NCBI RefSeq assembly: GCF_047601505.1
Contig: NZ_JASGJD010000001.1
Coordinates: 2,621,427 to 2,685,426, forward strand
Direction of reading: 5' to 3'
Length of the DNA: 64,000 nt
From: Cloacibacterium sp.
Lineage (GTDB): Bacteria > Bacteroidota > Bacteroidia > Flavobacteriales > Weeksellaceae
Part shown: one piece after another, positions 9,395-19,352 of the stretch
How positions within the stretch are numbered: position 1 is the stretch's first letter
How the letters are laid out: every line of letters starts with the position of its first letter
Position numbers and translations under genes: made by a program
Notes under the pieces: generated by a model
What the model saw: only the letters and a program-made list of their open reading frames with translations
Told to the model about the DNA's origin: nothing
The model's database searches: none

Positions 9395-9423
9395 AATAAA
9401 ATTCAAAAAAAGAGGGTTGACTC

Positions 9424-9840
9424 TTGTGTCTCAAATTATCTTTGAGTTGCAGAACAAAAAGATTCCCTCTTATGGCAAATCAGTTGTATTGGTCTGCTAA
9501 CACCATCGCAGAATTGTACAAAAGCAGATGTCAAGTAGAAATATTTTTCCAAGACATCAAGCAATTACTACATATAAAATCGTTTATCGGAATCTCTGAA
9601 AATATAGTAATGATTCAAATCTGGATAGCTTTAATTACCATAATTATCTTGAAAGCACTAAAAGCACAATCAAAATTTGATTGGTATTTATCTAATTTAG
9701 TAGCTTTTATAAGCCTAAATCTCTTTGTTAAGATTGACTTGCAAAAATGGTTAGATAAACCATTTGGAGAACACATAAATCCTCCTCCAGAAAGCACAAA
9801 AAGGGTTCCGTTAAAAAAAAATAATCTTTTCAAAGCTTAA
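9424..9840 (+). mobile_element. IS4-family (DDE_Tnp_1) transposase C-terminal remnant
   Basis: ...NTIAELYKSRCQVEIFFQDIKQLLHIKSFIGISENIVMIQIWIALI... resembles the conserved ...ELYKxRWQVELFFKWIKQxLxIKxFxGTSxNAV... C-terminus of IS4-type transposases. Only about 120 aa are present, the conserved W is replaced by C, and there is no N-terminal part. Confidence 0.6.
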
Positions 9841-9960
9841 AACCAACGAAATGGTCTATTTTTTATGTCATCGTTTTATTTAGGACAGGATTGGAAAAAC
9901 ACCACATAAATTGAATAGATTTTCTTAATTTTATCGAAAATTATTTTGAAATAAATCGAT

Positions 9961-11586
9961 ATGAAGAAAGCCATTTTATTATTTGGGTTTATCAGTTCTT
10001 TTGCTTTTGGGCAAACATATACCAAAACTGATACCCTTAAAGGTTCAGACACCGCTTACAGAAATTTTTGGGATGTAAAAAAATACAAACTTTCTGTAGA
10101 ACCTAATTTCCAAGACAAATCTTTGAAAGGAAGCAACAAAATTGAATTCACCATTACTAAAGACATTAGCAATCCTACTTTTCAAATAGACTTACAAGAA
10201 CCTATGAAAGTAGAAAAACTTACCGCCAATTTCCCAACGGTAGATGGTTTCAAAAGAGATGGAGATTTCATCTTTGTAACAGCGAAAAAGAAATTCAAAA
10301 AAGGAGAAAAATACACTTTTGATATTGATTATTCTGGAAATCCTAGAATTGCAAAACACGCTCCTTGGGAAGGCGGTTGGGTTTTTGTAGAAGACGAACA
10401 AGGAAATCCTTGGATTACAGTGGCTCAGGAAGGAGACGGAACCAGCCTTTGGTTGCCATCAAAAGACATTTGGAATGACGAACCAGAAGATGGAATCATT
10501 ATGAAAATTATTACACCTACTGATTTAACTGGTGTTGGAAATGGTAAATTAATTGGTGATCATATTCTTGTAGGTGATACAGACAATAAAAGAGAGTGGA
10601 CTTGGGAAGTAAAAAATCCTATCAACCTTTATAGTTTAGCACCAGTAATTGGAAAATTTGCTCATTTTTCTGAAATTTATAACGGAGAAAAAGGGAAATT
10701 AGATTGCGATTATTATGTTTTAGATTATAATCTAGGAAAAGCAAAAGTTCAGTTTCAACAAGCTAAATCAATGCTAAAATCTTTTGAATATTGGTTTGGT
10801 CCTTATCCATTTTACGAAGACGGTTACAAATTGGTAGAAACTCCGCATCTTGGGATGGAACATCAATCTAACGTTGCTTACGGAAATCATTATTTAAACG
10901 GTTATCTTGGTAGAGATTTATCAGGAACAGGAATTGGCTTGGAATGGGATTTTATTATCATCCACGAAAGTGGTCACGAATGGTTTGCCAACAATATTAC
11001 GGCTAAAGACCAAGCTGACATGTGGATTCACGAAAGTTTTACTAATTACTCAGAAACGCTTTATACAGAGAGTTTGCTTGGAAAAGAAAAAGCTCAAAAA
11101 TATGTAATTGGAACAAGAAGAGGCATCAAAAACGACATTCCAATTATTGGGAAATACGGCGTAAGAAACGAAGGAAGTGGAGACATGTACCCAAAAGGTG
11201 GAAACATGATTCATACCATTAGAACGGTTATCAACAACGACGAAAAATTTAGACAAATTTTAAGAGGATTGAATAAAGATTTCTATCATCAAACGGTAAC
11301 TACAAAACAAATTGAAGATTATATTTCTGCAAAATCTGGAATTAATTTTTCTAAAGTTTTCGACCAATATCTTAGAACAACTCAAATTCCTACTTTAGAA
11401 TATTCTCAAGACGGAAACACCTTCAAATACAGATGGACAAATACTATTGATGGTTTTGATTTACCTATTAGAATTAACGGAACAGAAACCATTTCGCCAT
11501 CTAAAGATTGGAAAACGACTACTTTAAAAGACAGTTCTGAAGTAAAATTTGATGAAAATTATTACGTAAAATATCAGAAAATATAA
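9961..11586 (+). CDS. M1-family zinc metallopeptidase (aminopeptidase N-like), secreted
   Basis: 541 aa with a signal peptide, the HExxH motif in IIIHESGHEWFAN, and the downstream Glu in WIHESFTNY. Confidence 0.9.
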   Translation: MKKAILLFGFISSFAFGQTYTKTDTLKGSDTAYRNFWDVKKYKLSVEPNFQDKSLKGSNKIEFTITKDISNPTFQIDLQEPMKVEKLTANFPTVDGFKRDGDFIFVTAKKKFKKGEKYTFDIDYSGNPRIAKHAPWEGGWVFVEDEQGNPWITVAQEGDGTSLWLPSKDIWNDEPEDGIIMKIITPTDLTGVGNGKLIGDHILVGDTDNKREWTWEVKNPINLYSLAPVIGKFAHFSEIYNGEKGKLDCDYYVLDYNLGKAKVQFQQAKSMLKSFEYWFGPYPFYEDGYKLVETPHLGMEHQSNVAYGNHYLNGYLGRDLSGTGIGLEWDFIIIHESGHEWFANNITAKDQADMWIHESFTNYSETLYTESLLGKEKAQKYVIGTRRGIKNDIPIIGKYGVRNEGSGDMYPKGGNMIHTIRTVINNDEKFRQILRGLNKDFYHQTVTTKQIEDYISAKSGINFSKVFDQYLRTTQIPTLEYSQDGNTFKYRWTNTIDGFDLPIRINGTETISPSKDWKTTTLKDSSEVKFDENYYVKYQKI

Positions 11587-11606
11587 TGTAAATATTATTA
11601 AAAATC

Positions 11607-11642
11607 AAAAAAGTTCGGCTCCTACGGAGCCGAACTTTTTAT
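11607..11642. terminator. Bidirectional rho-independent terminator between convergent genes
   Basis: aaaaaagttcggctcc-tac-ggagccgaactttttat: a perfect GC-containing stem flanked by A and T runs. Confidence 0.75.
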
Positions 11643-11648
11643 TTAATT

Positions 11649-12803
11649 TTAAGATTTTAACACAACTCTAAAAGTAGTTCCCTTTCCTACTTCTGATTCT
11701 GCAATTTTAATATCCCCATTGTGAAAATCGTTAATTACTCTTTTTGCCAAAGACAAACCTAAACCCCAACCTCGTTTTTTGGTAGAATAGCCTGGTTTAA
11801 AAGCATTTCTAATTTGAGCAATCGTCATCCCAGAGCCAGAATCTTTTACATCAATCAAAATATTTTTGTTTTTTTGATAGAGATTTATAGATAGATTTCC
11901 TTCGCCTTTCATTGCATCTACGGCGTTTTTAACCAAATTTTCAATCACCCAACTCATCAAAATTCTATTGTGAGGAATTAAAATTTCAGCTTTAGAAATT
12001 CTCAAATCAAAAACCACTTTTTTGGAAATTCTAGACTTCAAATAATCAAAATTTAATTGAACAGTTTCTTTCAAATTCAAATCATTCAATTCTGGCACAG
12101 AGCCAATTTTTGAGAAACGCTCAGAGATAGTTTTCAAACGATTAATGTCTTTATTTATTTCTACCAAACCATCATCAATTCTGCTTTTATCCAATTTCAT
12201 CACTTCAATCCAACCAATCATGGAAGACAGAGGTGTACCAATTTGATGCGCCGTTTCCTTTGCCAAACCTGCCCAAAGCATAGATTCATCAGATTTTTTT
12301 ATGGTTCTCAAAAACCAAAAAGAAAACAACAAATAAGCCCCAATAAACAAGCCCAAACCGTAAGGATAATATCTAAGATAATTTAGCAAATCGGAATTGT
12401 CATAAAACACAAACTGATTGTTAAAATTGGGCAACTGAATTTCAAACGGAGGATATTTGTCTTCCATTTCATTGATTTTTCGCTTCAGTTTTTCAGGATT
12501 TTTCAGAATTTTTTCCGAGATATTTTTACTTTGAATTAAATTCCTTTGTTTGTCTGTAACGATAATCGGAATATTTTCGTTTTCGTTAATTACGTACAAC
12601 GAAAGTTCGTTCAATCGAGAGTCAAAATCATCATTATCTTGCAAGTATTTCATTGCGGTAGCAAGAGATTTTATCCTTTCAGATTCTTTTTCTCTAAGAT
12701 GATTGATTAGAAAATTAGAAGAAACCGCCAAACCAATTACAATGATGGTAAGGAGCGAAAAAACAAACCAATTATTAACTTTTGAAAGAAGATTTTTTCT
12801 CAA
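11649..12803 (-). CDS. Sensor histidine kinase (HisKA + HATPase_c), 2 TM, no adjacent response regulator
   Basis: 384 aa with H-box ETAHQIGTPLSSM, N-box ENLVKNAVDA, G-boxes DSGSGM and GWGLGLSL. Confidence 0.9.
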   Translation of the reverse strand: MRKNLLSKVNNWFVFSLLTIIVIGLAVSSNFLINHLREKESERIKSLATAMKYLQDNDDFDSRLNELSLYVINENENIPIIVTDKQRNLIQSKNISEKILKNPEKLKRKINEMEDKYPPFEIQLPNFNNQFVFYDNSDLLNYLRYYPYGLGLFIGAYLLFSFWFLRTIKKSDESMLWAGLAKETAHQIGTPLSSMIGWIEVMKLDKSRIDDGLVEINKDINRLKTISERFSKIGSVPELNDLNLKETVQLNFDYLKSRISKKVVFDLRISKAEILIPHNRILMSWVIENLVKNAVDAMKGEGNLSINLYQKNKNILIDVKDSGSGMTIAQIRNAFKPGYSTKKRGWGLGLSLAKRVINDFHNGDIKIAESEVGKGTTFRVVLKS

Positions 12804-12864
12804 AACAACTTATATTTTTACGATTTTGGATTTATTTTTTTTTTTTTAAATTCCCAACTTTCTA

Positions 12865-14214
12865 TCATTTTAAAACATTCAAAACATTATACAAAGCATT
12901 GCTAAGGTCGTTTGCCTGATAATTGTTCATAATGATTGAAAAAACATAATTTTTACCTGTTGCAGAAGTATGAAAACCAGCAAAAGCTCGGCTGTCTTTT
13001 ATGCTGCCACTTTTCATTTTCATGCCATTTGCCATTACCGGAAAACCATCATAATACGCATCAAACCAAGGTTGTTTTTTCGCCCAAAGTAACGCTTGAA
13101 CTTCCGCTTTGGAAGAAGCATAACTCTGTGGCGAAAGTCCGCTTCCGTCAACAAAATTAATCATTCTTTGGTCAATTCCTTTGTCTTTCCAAAAGTTTTT
13201 CAGGTATTTCACTCCGCTTTCGAAACTAGGATTTTCTGTTTTTTCTTTTGCTATTGTTTTGATAAAAGTTTCACCAAAAAGATTGATGCTTTTCTTTAAA
13301 AACCAATATACAATTTTATCTAAAGTAGGCGATTTGTATTCTAAAATTACTTTATTTTCAGGAAAAACTACTGGTTTTTCACCATTGATAATTTTTTCAG
13401 AATTGATGATAATTTTCCCTTTAAAATCAATATTCTGTTTTTTCAATTCTTCTGCCAATTCTATTGCCAATTGTTTTGGTGGATTCGGCATTGCGCCAGA
13501 AACTTTCATCTCTTTTGCCGGCAAACTTCCGTTGATGTGAGCCACATCAGAATAAGGCGCAGTATAAATGATACTTTTATCAGAATTGCCTTCCGTTCTA
13601 AGTTCATTTACCCATTTTACGTCATTAATATTTGAAAAACTTTTAATTTCTTTCCCAAAAGTATAAATTTCAAAAACGTTTTCTCGCCAATTTACGCCCC
13701 AAACTCCTGCTCCGTAATAATTTCCCATATCGTTCCAAGGCCAACCGCCAGGGATTTTCTGAAAATCAAAACACGTATCATCAATAATTAAATCTCCGGA
13801 GATTTTAGAAATTTTATTTTGTTTGAGCGTTTCTATTACTTTTTGTTTGAAATTATCGGCTTTATAACCTTCAAATCTATCATTTCCGAGTGTAGGATCT
13901 CCATTTGAAGTTACATATAAATTACCATCAAAAGCAATTTTAGTTTTATATTGATAATCTTTTCCTAAAGTTTCTAAAGCTGCAGCTGCAGTAAAAATTT
14001 TCATGGTAGAAGCCGTAGAAAGACCTTTGTTAGCTTGATATTCGTAGATTTTGTTACCATTTTCATCAGAAACATAAAAAGATAAACTACCAGAATACAT
14101 TGGCTCTGAGGCTAAAAGTTGATTTACTTTTACATCTAATTGTTCTTGAATTGTTTTTTGAGCAAAAAATGATTGAAAAACACTAAAAAAAAATAAAAAA
14201 AAGCGAGTTTTCAT
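12865..14214 (-). CDS. dacB: D-alanyl-D-alanine carboxypeptidase/endopeptidase (PBP4, peptidase S13)
   Basis: 449 aa with a signal peptide, SxxK in STASTMKIF, SxN-like DGSGLS, and KTG-like MKSGSI. Confidence 0.88.
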   Translation of the reverse strand: MKTRFFLFFFSVFQSFFAQKTIQEQLDVKVNQLLASEPMYSGSLSFYVSDENGNKIYEYQANKGLSTASTMKIFTAAAALETLGKDYQYKTKIAFDGNLYVTSNGDPTLGNDRFEGYKADNFKQKVIETLKQNKISKISGDLIIDDTCFDFQKIPGGWPWNDMGNYYGAGVWGVNWRENVFEIYTFGKEIKSFSNINDVKWVNELRTEGNSDKSIIYTAPYSDVAHINGSLPAKEMKVSGAMPNPPKQLAIELAEELKKQNIDFKGKIIINSEKIINGEKPVVFPENKVILEYKSPTLDKIVYWFLKKSINLFGETFIKTIAKEKTENPSFESGVKYLKNFWKDKGIDQRMINFVDGSGLSPQSYASSKAEVQALLWAKKQPWFDAYYDGFPVMANGMKMKSGSIKDSRAFAGFHTSATGKNYVFSIIMNNYQANDLSNALYNVLNVLK

Positions 14215-14418
14215 TTTGAAGAATTTCAGTTAAAAAAACTATTATTTACATCAAAGATAAATAAAAATATCTTCGTCTTATTCTAATAAAACAAATAGTA
14301 TTTAATAATGTCATTTAAAGAGATATTTACAATTATGAAATAATCAAAAAAAACTCTGATTTTTATCAATTTTTCAATAAAAATAAAAACATTAACAAAT
14401 ATTTAAGAAAAATACATG

Positions 14419-14426
14419 TATATTTG
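14419..14426 (+). promoter_or_regulatory. -7 promoter box (TAnnTTTG)
   Basis: tatatttg lies 30 nt upstream of the ATG at 14456. Confidence 0.4.
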
Positions 14427-14455
14427 CAGAGTAAAAACATTAAAAATTAAAAGTC

Positions 14456-14899
14456 ATGGCATACACAATTGTAGGGCTTTTTCCAAGCCAAGAGTATTCA
14501 AAAGCAGTTTCTGCAGGTTTAGAAAACAATGGTTTCAAAAATGAAAATTACATTATTTATCTAGAAGAGAAAAAACATTCTCCGAAGTCTTTTTGGAGCA
14601 AGTTTTTCACAGAAGAGATAGATGAAGAAGCAGTAGCAGTAGATTCTCTTATTGTAAGTGTGGCAGTTAATAATACAGAAGATTTAGAAAACGCGAAAAA
14701 AGTTTTTAAAGAAAATAGCGTTGTAAACATCTACACATTAGAAGAATTAGACTTTGAAAAAGCAGCAGACTTAGATTATTTGAAAAAAGTAGTTGCCTTG
14801 AAAGCAAAAAGTTTAATCTATGCAATGCCACAAGCAAAAACCTCAAGTTCAGACATGCACACAGGCATTTCTTCTGAAGTTGGAGGCGTAAGTAAATAA
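14456..14899 (+). CDS. Hypothetical cytoplasmic protein (general-stress-protein-like N-terminus)
   Basis: 147-aa ORF with an ATG start, preceded by a promoter box and followed by a terminator. I cannot recognise a family with confidence. Confidence 0.6.
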   Translation: MAYTIVGLFPSQEYSKAVSAGLENNGFKNENYIIYLEEKKHSPKSFWSKFFTEEIDEEAVAVDSLIVSVAVNNTEDLENAKKVFKENSVVNIYTLEELDFEKAADLDYLKKVVALKAKSLIYAMPQAKTSSSDMHTGISSEVGGVSK

Positions 14900-14943
14900 A
14901 ATTCATATCAAAATTTTTTCATATCAAATTAATTTTTTCCATA

Positions 14944-14974
14944 AAAACCCGAGACGATGTTTCGGGTTTTTATT
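14944..14974 (+). terminator. Rho-independent terminator
   Basis: aaaaacccgagac-gatg-tttcgggtttttatt. Confidence 0.7.
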
Positions 14975-15044
14975 ATTAAGATGATTTCGGTTTCTTTTTT
15001 CGTCTTTTTTTTGTATATTCGTTAAGTTAAAATCACTTCTGAAG

Positions 15045-17243
15045 ATGGTATATGATTTAGAAAAAGAAAATAAAGAAATACAGCAACGCTACAGAGACCT
15101 TATTGCCAATACATACAGAACATTAGACGAAGAGCAAAATAAAACAATAAGAAAAGCTTTCGATATTGCTCTGGATGCGCACAAAGACCAACGTAGAAAA
15201 ACAGGCGAACCTTACATCTATCACCCGATAGAAGTAGCCAAAATTGTTGCCAACGAAATAGGCTTAGGAACCACTTCTATTGCCTGTGCTTTGTTGCATG
15301 ACGTGATAGAAGATTCTGATTATACTTATGAAGATTTAAAAAAGATTTTCGGTAAAAAAATTGCGGATATCGTAAACGGACTTACCAAAATTTCGGTAAT
15401 GAACCATCAAAACATTTCCGTTCAATCTGAAAATTATAGAAAACTTTTACTAACGCTTTCCGAAGATTTCAGAGTAATTTTGATTAAAATTGCAGACCGT
15501 CTTCACAACATGAGAACTCTGGAAAGTATGGCTCCGGATAAGCAGAAAAAAATTGCTTCGGAAACCATTTACATTTACGCTCCACTGGCTCACCGTTTAG
15601 GACTTTACAACATAAAATCAGAATTAGAAGACCTTTCTTTAAAATACAATAATCCTGATGTTTATTATGACATTGCCAATAAATTAGCTGTAGCAAAAGA
15701 CCAAAGGGAAAAATATGTTGAAGAATTTAAAAAGGAAGTTTCTGAGCAATTAAAAGAAGAAAAACTCAACTTTACCATCAAAGGAAGAGCAAAAGCTATT
15801 TCTTCAATTTATAGGAAAATGCTAAAACAGAATGTTCCTTTTGAAGAAGTTTTTGACAATTATGCAATAAGAATTATTTATAAATCTGATGCAAGAAACG
15901 AAAAATTTATCGCTTGGAAAATTTATTCCATCGTAACAGATTTATACCACAGCAATCCGCAGAGAATGCGAGATTGGATTACCAATCCTCGTTCTACAGG
16001 TTATGAAAGCTTACACTTAACCGTTCTTGGACCAGACAAAAAATGGATTGAAGTGCAAATTCGCTCTGAAAGAATGGACGAAATTGCCGAAAAAGGCGTT
16101 GCAGCACACTACAAATACAAAGAAGGTTTTAAACAAAATAGCGACGATAGAAATTTTGAACAGTGGGTTACACAGATTAGAGAAGTTATAGAACAACAGC
16201 AAAACCTCTCTACAACAGAACTTTTAGACAATATTAAACTCAATCTTTACTCAAAAGAAGTTTTTGTATTTACTCCAAAAGGTGAAATTAAAATTCTACC
16301 TGTTGGCTCTACTGCTTTAGACTTTGCTTTTTCGGTGCATTCGGATCTTGGCATGAAATGTCTTGGAGCAAAAGTGAATGGTAAATTAGTTCCTATTTCT
16401 TACGTTTTACAAAACGGAGACCAAATAGATATTCTTTCTTCTCAAAACCAAAAACCAAAACAAGACTGGCTAGATATTGTGATTACTTCTAAAGCAAAAT
16501 CTAGAATAAAAGCGGCTTTAAATTCAGAAAAAAACAACCAAGTTGCAGAAGGAAAAGAGATTTTCCAAAGAAAACTGAGACACGCAAAAATTAATTTCAC
16601 CGAAGAAGAAGTAAACAACGTTCAAAGGTATTTTAACTTAAAAACGTCTCAAGATTTATTTTTGAAATTTTACGATGGAACTTACGATACTACAGACCTC
16701 AAAAAATATGTAGATTCTAAGAGTGCTATCAAATCATTTTTACAAAAATTTAGAAAATCTACTCCTACCGCTTTCGAAGAAACGCCAACTACAGATTTAG
16801 ATTTAATTGTATTTGGAAAAGACGAAGAAAAACTCAATTACAGTTTCGCAAAATGTTGCACCGTAATTCCGGGAGACAAAATTTTTGGTTTTATCACTAT
16901 TTCTGACGGAATAAAAGTTCATAACGACAATTGCCCGAATGCGATAAACCTTAGAGCAAATTACGATTACAGAGTAATGCCTGCAAAATGGGTAAACGAA
17001 CAAAGATATAGCAGCAGAGTGAAAATTGAAATTGAAGGAATCGATAGAAAAGGTTTGGTAAATGATATTACAGAAGTGATTAGTAATGCCATGAATATTG
17101 ACATGAGAAGCATCTCTATCGAAAGTCACAACGGTATTTTCTTAGGCACAATTACTCTGGAAGTTAAAAACAAAAATCAATTAGAAGAAACACTAAAACA
17201 ATTGAAAGGTGTTTTCAGTGTAACCACAGTAAAAAGAACATAA
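15045..17243 (+). CDS. rsh: Bifunctional (p)ppGpp synthetase/hydrolase, RelA/SpoT homologue
   Basis: 732 aa with an HD hydrolase domain (HPIEVA...LLHDVIEDS), a RelA_SpoT synthetase region (YESLHLTV...EVQIRS), and TGS and ACT-like C-terminal domains. Confidence 0.95.
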   Translation: MVYDLEKENKEIQQRYRDLIANTYRTLDEEQNKTIRKAFDIALDAHKDQRRKTGEPYIYHPIEVAKIVANEIGLGTTSIACALLHDVIEDSDYTYEDLKKIFGKKIADIVNGLTKISVMNHQNISVQSENYRKLLLTLSEDFRVILIKIADRLHNMRTLESMAPDKQKKIASETIYIYAPLAHRLGLYNIKSELEDLSLKYNNPDVYYDIANKLAVAKDQREKYVEEFKKEVSEQLKEEKLNFTIKGRAKAISSIYRKMLKQNVPFEEVFDNYAIRIIYKSDARNEKFIAWKIYSIVTDLYHSNPQRMRDWITNPRSTGYESLHLTVLGPDKKWIEVQIRSERMDEIAEKGVAAHYKYKEGFKQNSDDRNFEQWVTQIREVIEQQQNLSTTELLDNIKLNLYSKEVFVFTPKGEIKILPVGSTALDFAFSVHSDLGMKCLGAKVNGKLVPISYVLQNGDQIDILSSQNQKPKQDWLDIVITSKAKSRIKAALNSEKNNQVAEGKEIFQRKLRHAKINFTEEEVNNVQRYFNLKTSQDLFLKFYDGTYDTTDLKKYVDSKSAIKSFLQKFRKSTPTAFEETPTTDLDLIVFGKDEEKLNYSFAKCCTVIPGDKIFGFITISDGIKVHNDNCPNAINLRANYDYRVMPAKWVNEQRYSSRVKIEIEGIDRKGLVNDITEVISNAMNIDMRSISIESHNGIFLGTITLEVKNKNQLEETLKQLKGVFSVTTVKRT

Positions 17244-18403
17244 TGATTATTACAGACTATTTTAAGAAATTTTTTCAAATTGCGCAATCATCCGGAAATC
17301 TTCTCATTATATGTGTTATTTTATCATTAATGATAGCCAATTCTTCGCTAGGAGAAGGTTTTCAAGATGTTCTAAATTACAAATTAGGAAGTTACAGCAT
17401 CAGCCTTTGGATTAATGACGGATTAATGACTGTTTTTTTCTTATTAGTTGGTTTAGAGATTAAACGTGAAATATTAGAAGGTGAATTATCTAGTTTCAAA
17501 AACGCAACACTTCCTATATTCGCTGCATTAGGCGGAATGTTGGTTCCGGCATTAATTTTTTATTTTTTCAACCAAGGTTCAAAATACGAAAACGGCTGGG
17601 GAATCCCTATGGCAACAGACATTGCATTCTCTCTAGCCATAATCTCAATGCTTGGAAAGAGAGTTCCTGTTTCTGTAAAAATATTTCTTACCGCTTTGGC
17701 AATTGTAGATGATTTGGGAGCGATTGTAGTAATCGCCATTTTCTACACCGAAAAACTAGAAACCACTTATCTATTGCTATCTGGCTTGGTAATGTTAGTT
17801 TTAATGCTTTTGAATTTTCTAAAAGTTAAAAAACATATTTTTTATTTAATTCCAGGAATATTTCTTTGGTATTTTATGCACCATTCTGGCATTCATGCTA
17901 CAATTGCTGGGGTTTTATTGGCTTTCACCATTCCTACAAACGAAAGCAAAACCAAGATTTCTCCATTAGAAAAATTAGAAGAACTTCTTCATACACCAGT
18001 TAACTATTTCATTATGCCATTATTTGCTTTAGCTAATACTAACATAAAATTTCATAGCGGAATGGTTGATGGTTTATTTACCAATTTTGGTTACGGAATT
18101 ATTCTTGGTTTAGTTTTAGGAAAAGTTATTGGCATTAATTTATTTTCATTTATTGCTATAAAATTAAAACTAAGCGATTTACCGAATAACAGCCAGTGGT
18201 CTCAGATGCTGGGAGCTGGTTTATTAGCAGGAATTGGCTTTACCATGTCCATTTTTATTGCATTATTATCATACAAAGGAAATACAGAAATTCAAGATGA
18301 AGCTAAATTTGCAATTTTGGTAGCTTCAGCAATTTCGGGTTTTTTAGGATATTTTTTATTGAAACTAATTTCGAAAAAAACTCATTCTCTAGAACACGAT
18401 TAA
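17243..18403 (+). CDS. nhaA: Na+/H+ antiporter NhaA
   Basis: 386 aa, polytopic, with NhaA signatures WINDGLMTVFFLLVGLEIKRE and ALAIVDDLGAIVVIA. The start overlaps the rsh stop (TAATG). Confidence 0.95.
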   Translation: MIITDYFKKFFQIAQSSGNLLIICVILSLMIANSSLGEGFQDVLNYKLGSYSISLWINDGLMTVFFLLVGLEIKREILEGELSSFKNATLPIFAALGGMLVPALIFYFFNQGSKYENGWGIPMATDIAFSLAIISMLGKRVPVSVKIFLTALAIVDDLGAIVVIAIFYTEKLETTYLLLSGLVMLVLMLLNFLKVKKHIFYLIPGIFLWYFMHHSGIHATIAGVLLAFTIPTNESKTKISPLEKLEELLHTPVNYFIMPLFALANTNIKFHSGMVDGLFTNFGYGIILGLVLGKVIGINLFSFIAIKLKLSDLPNNSQWSQMLGAGLLAGIGFTMSIFIALLSYKGNTEIQDEAKFAILVASAISGFLGYFLLKLISKKTHSLEHD

Positions 18404-18469
18404 TGCAAAAATTGATTATCAACACTAGATTTAGAAAAAATTTGTATCTTTACTCTCCGATTTTTTAAA

Positions 18470-18949
18470 ATGGAAAAAGAATTAAGAATTAAGTTTACTC
18501 AGATAGAATTTAAGGACTTATCAGAAATCGAAAGACAACTCTTTGATGCGTCTAAAAAAGCCAGAGAAAATGCTTACGCTCCGTACTCTCATTTCAATGT
18601 AGGATGTGCAGCACTTCTAGAAAATGGCGAAATTATCACAGGAAACAATCAAGAAAACGCAGCTTATCCTTCTGGTCTTTGCGCAGAAAGAGTAACAATT
18701 TTTCACATAGGAGCAAATTATCCTCACCTTAAAATCAAAAAATTATTTGTGATAGGAGGACCTTCCAGATTAGCAACTTTCAGCACAGCAACACCACCTT
18801 GTGGAGCGTGCAGACAAAGCATGTTTGAGTATGAAACCAAACAAGAACAAGCTATAGAAATTTATTTTTCTGGCTTAGAAGGAAGTGTTTTCAAATGCAA
18901 TTCGGTAAAAGATTTACTTCCGTTTTCATTTGACGCAAGTTTTTTATAA
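18470..18949 (+). CDS. cdd: Cytidine deaminase
   Basis: 159 aa with zinc motifs CAERV and PCGACRQ. Confidence 0.9.
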   Translation: MEKELRIKFTQIEFKDLSEIERQLFDASKKARENAYAPYSHFNVGCAALLENGEIITGNNQENAAYPSGLCAERVTIFHIGANYPHLKIKKLFVIGGPSRLATFSTATPPCGACRQSMFEYETKQEQAIEIYFSGLEGSVFKCNSVKDLLPFSFDASFL

Positions 18950-19026
18950 AAAACTATAAATCAGCCACAAAAAAGGCTAAAACTATAATTTATTAAAAAT
19001 ATTTTCTTAAATCATAAATTAAGAAT

Positions 19027-19034
19027 TATATTTG
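19027..19034 (+). promoter_or_regulatory. -7 promoter box (TAnnTTTG) driving the riboswitch leader
   Basis: tatatttg lies immediately 5' of the riboswitch P1 strand. Confidence 0.45.
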
Positions 19035-19035
19035 C

Positions 19036-19213
19036 ATTGCTTTTGGTTAAGGGAATTTGGTGAAAATCCAGAACTGTCCCCGCAACTGTAAATCACTTTA
19101 ACAAAGGAATTTAAAAGTTCAAAGTTTAAAATTTTTCTGCAAAACAGAGCCATTGTTTAACTAAATGAGAAGGCGCAGAGAAAGTGAAAGTCAGGAGACC
19201 TGCCAAAAACAAT
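19036..19213 (+). promoter_or_regulatory. Cobalamin (B12) riboswitch
   Basis: ggttaagggaatttggtgaaaatccagaactgtccccgcaactgtaa ... gccattg ... gaaggc ... B12 box agtcaggagacctgcc. P1 pairs ttgcttttgg with ccaaaaacaa. It lies 140 nt upstream of the receptor gene. Confidence 0.88.
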
Positions 19214-19352
19214 CCATAAAATCAATACTTTCGGAGGAAAAGTAAGGAAATCTATTAGAATTCATTTATAATAACATGAATTCTTATATTCCTATTTACA
19301 TTTTTCTCTCAAATGATTGATTTTTTAGAACGTTTAACTAAAAAATTAAAAA

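Noticed and set aside
13181-13540. 119-aa + strand ORF (also 12936..13160 and 13096..13299)
   Set aside because: These are antisense to the well-supported PBP4 gene. Long antisense ORFs are expected by chance in AT-rich coding DNA, and no motifs were seen.
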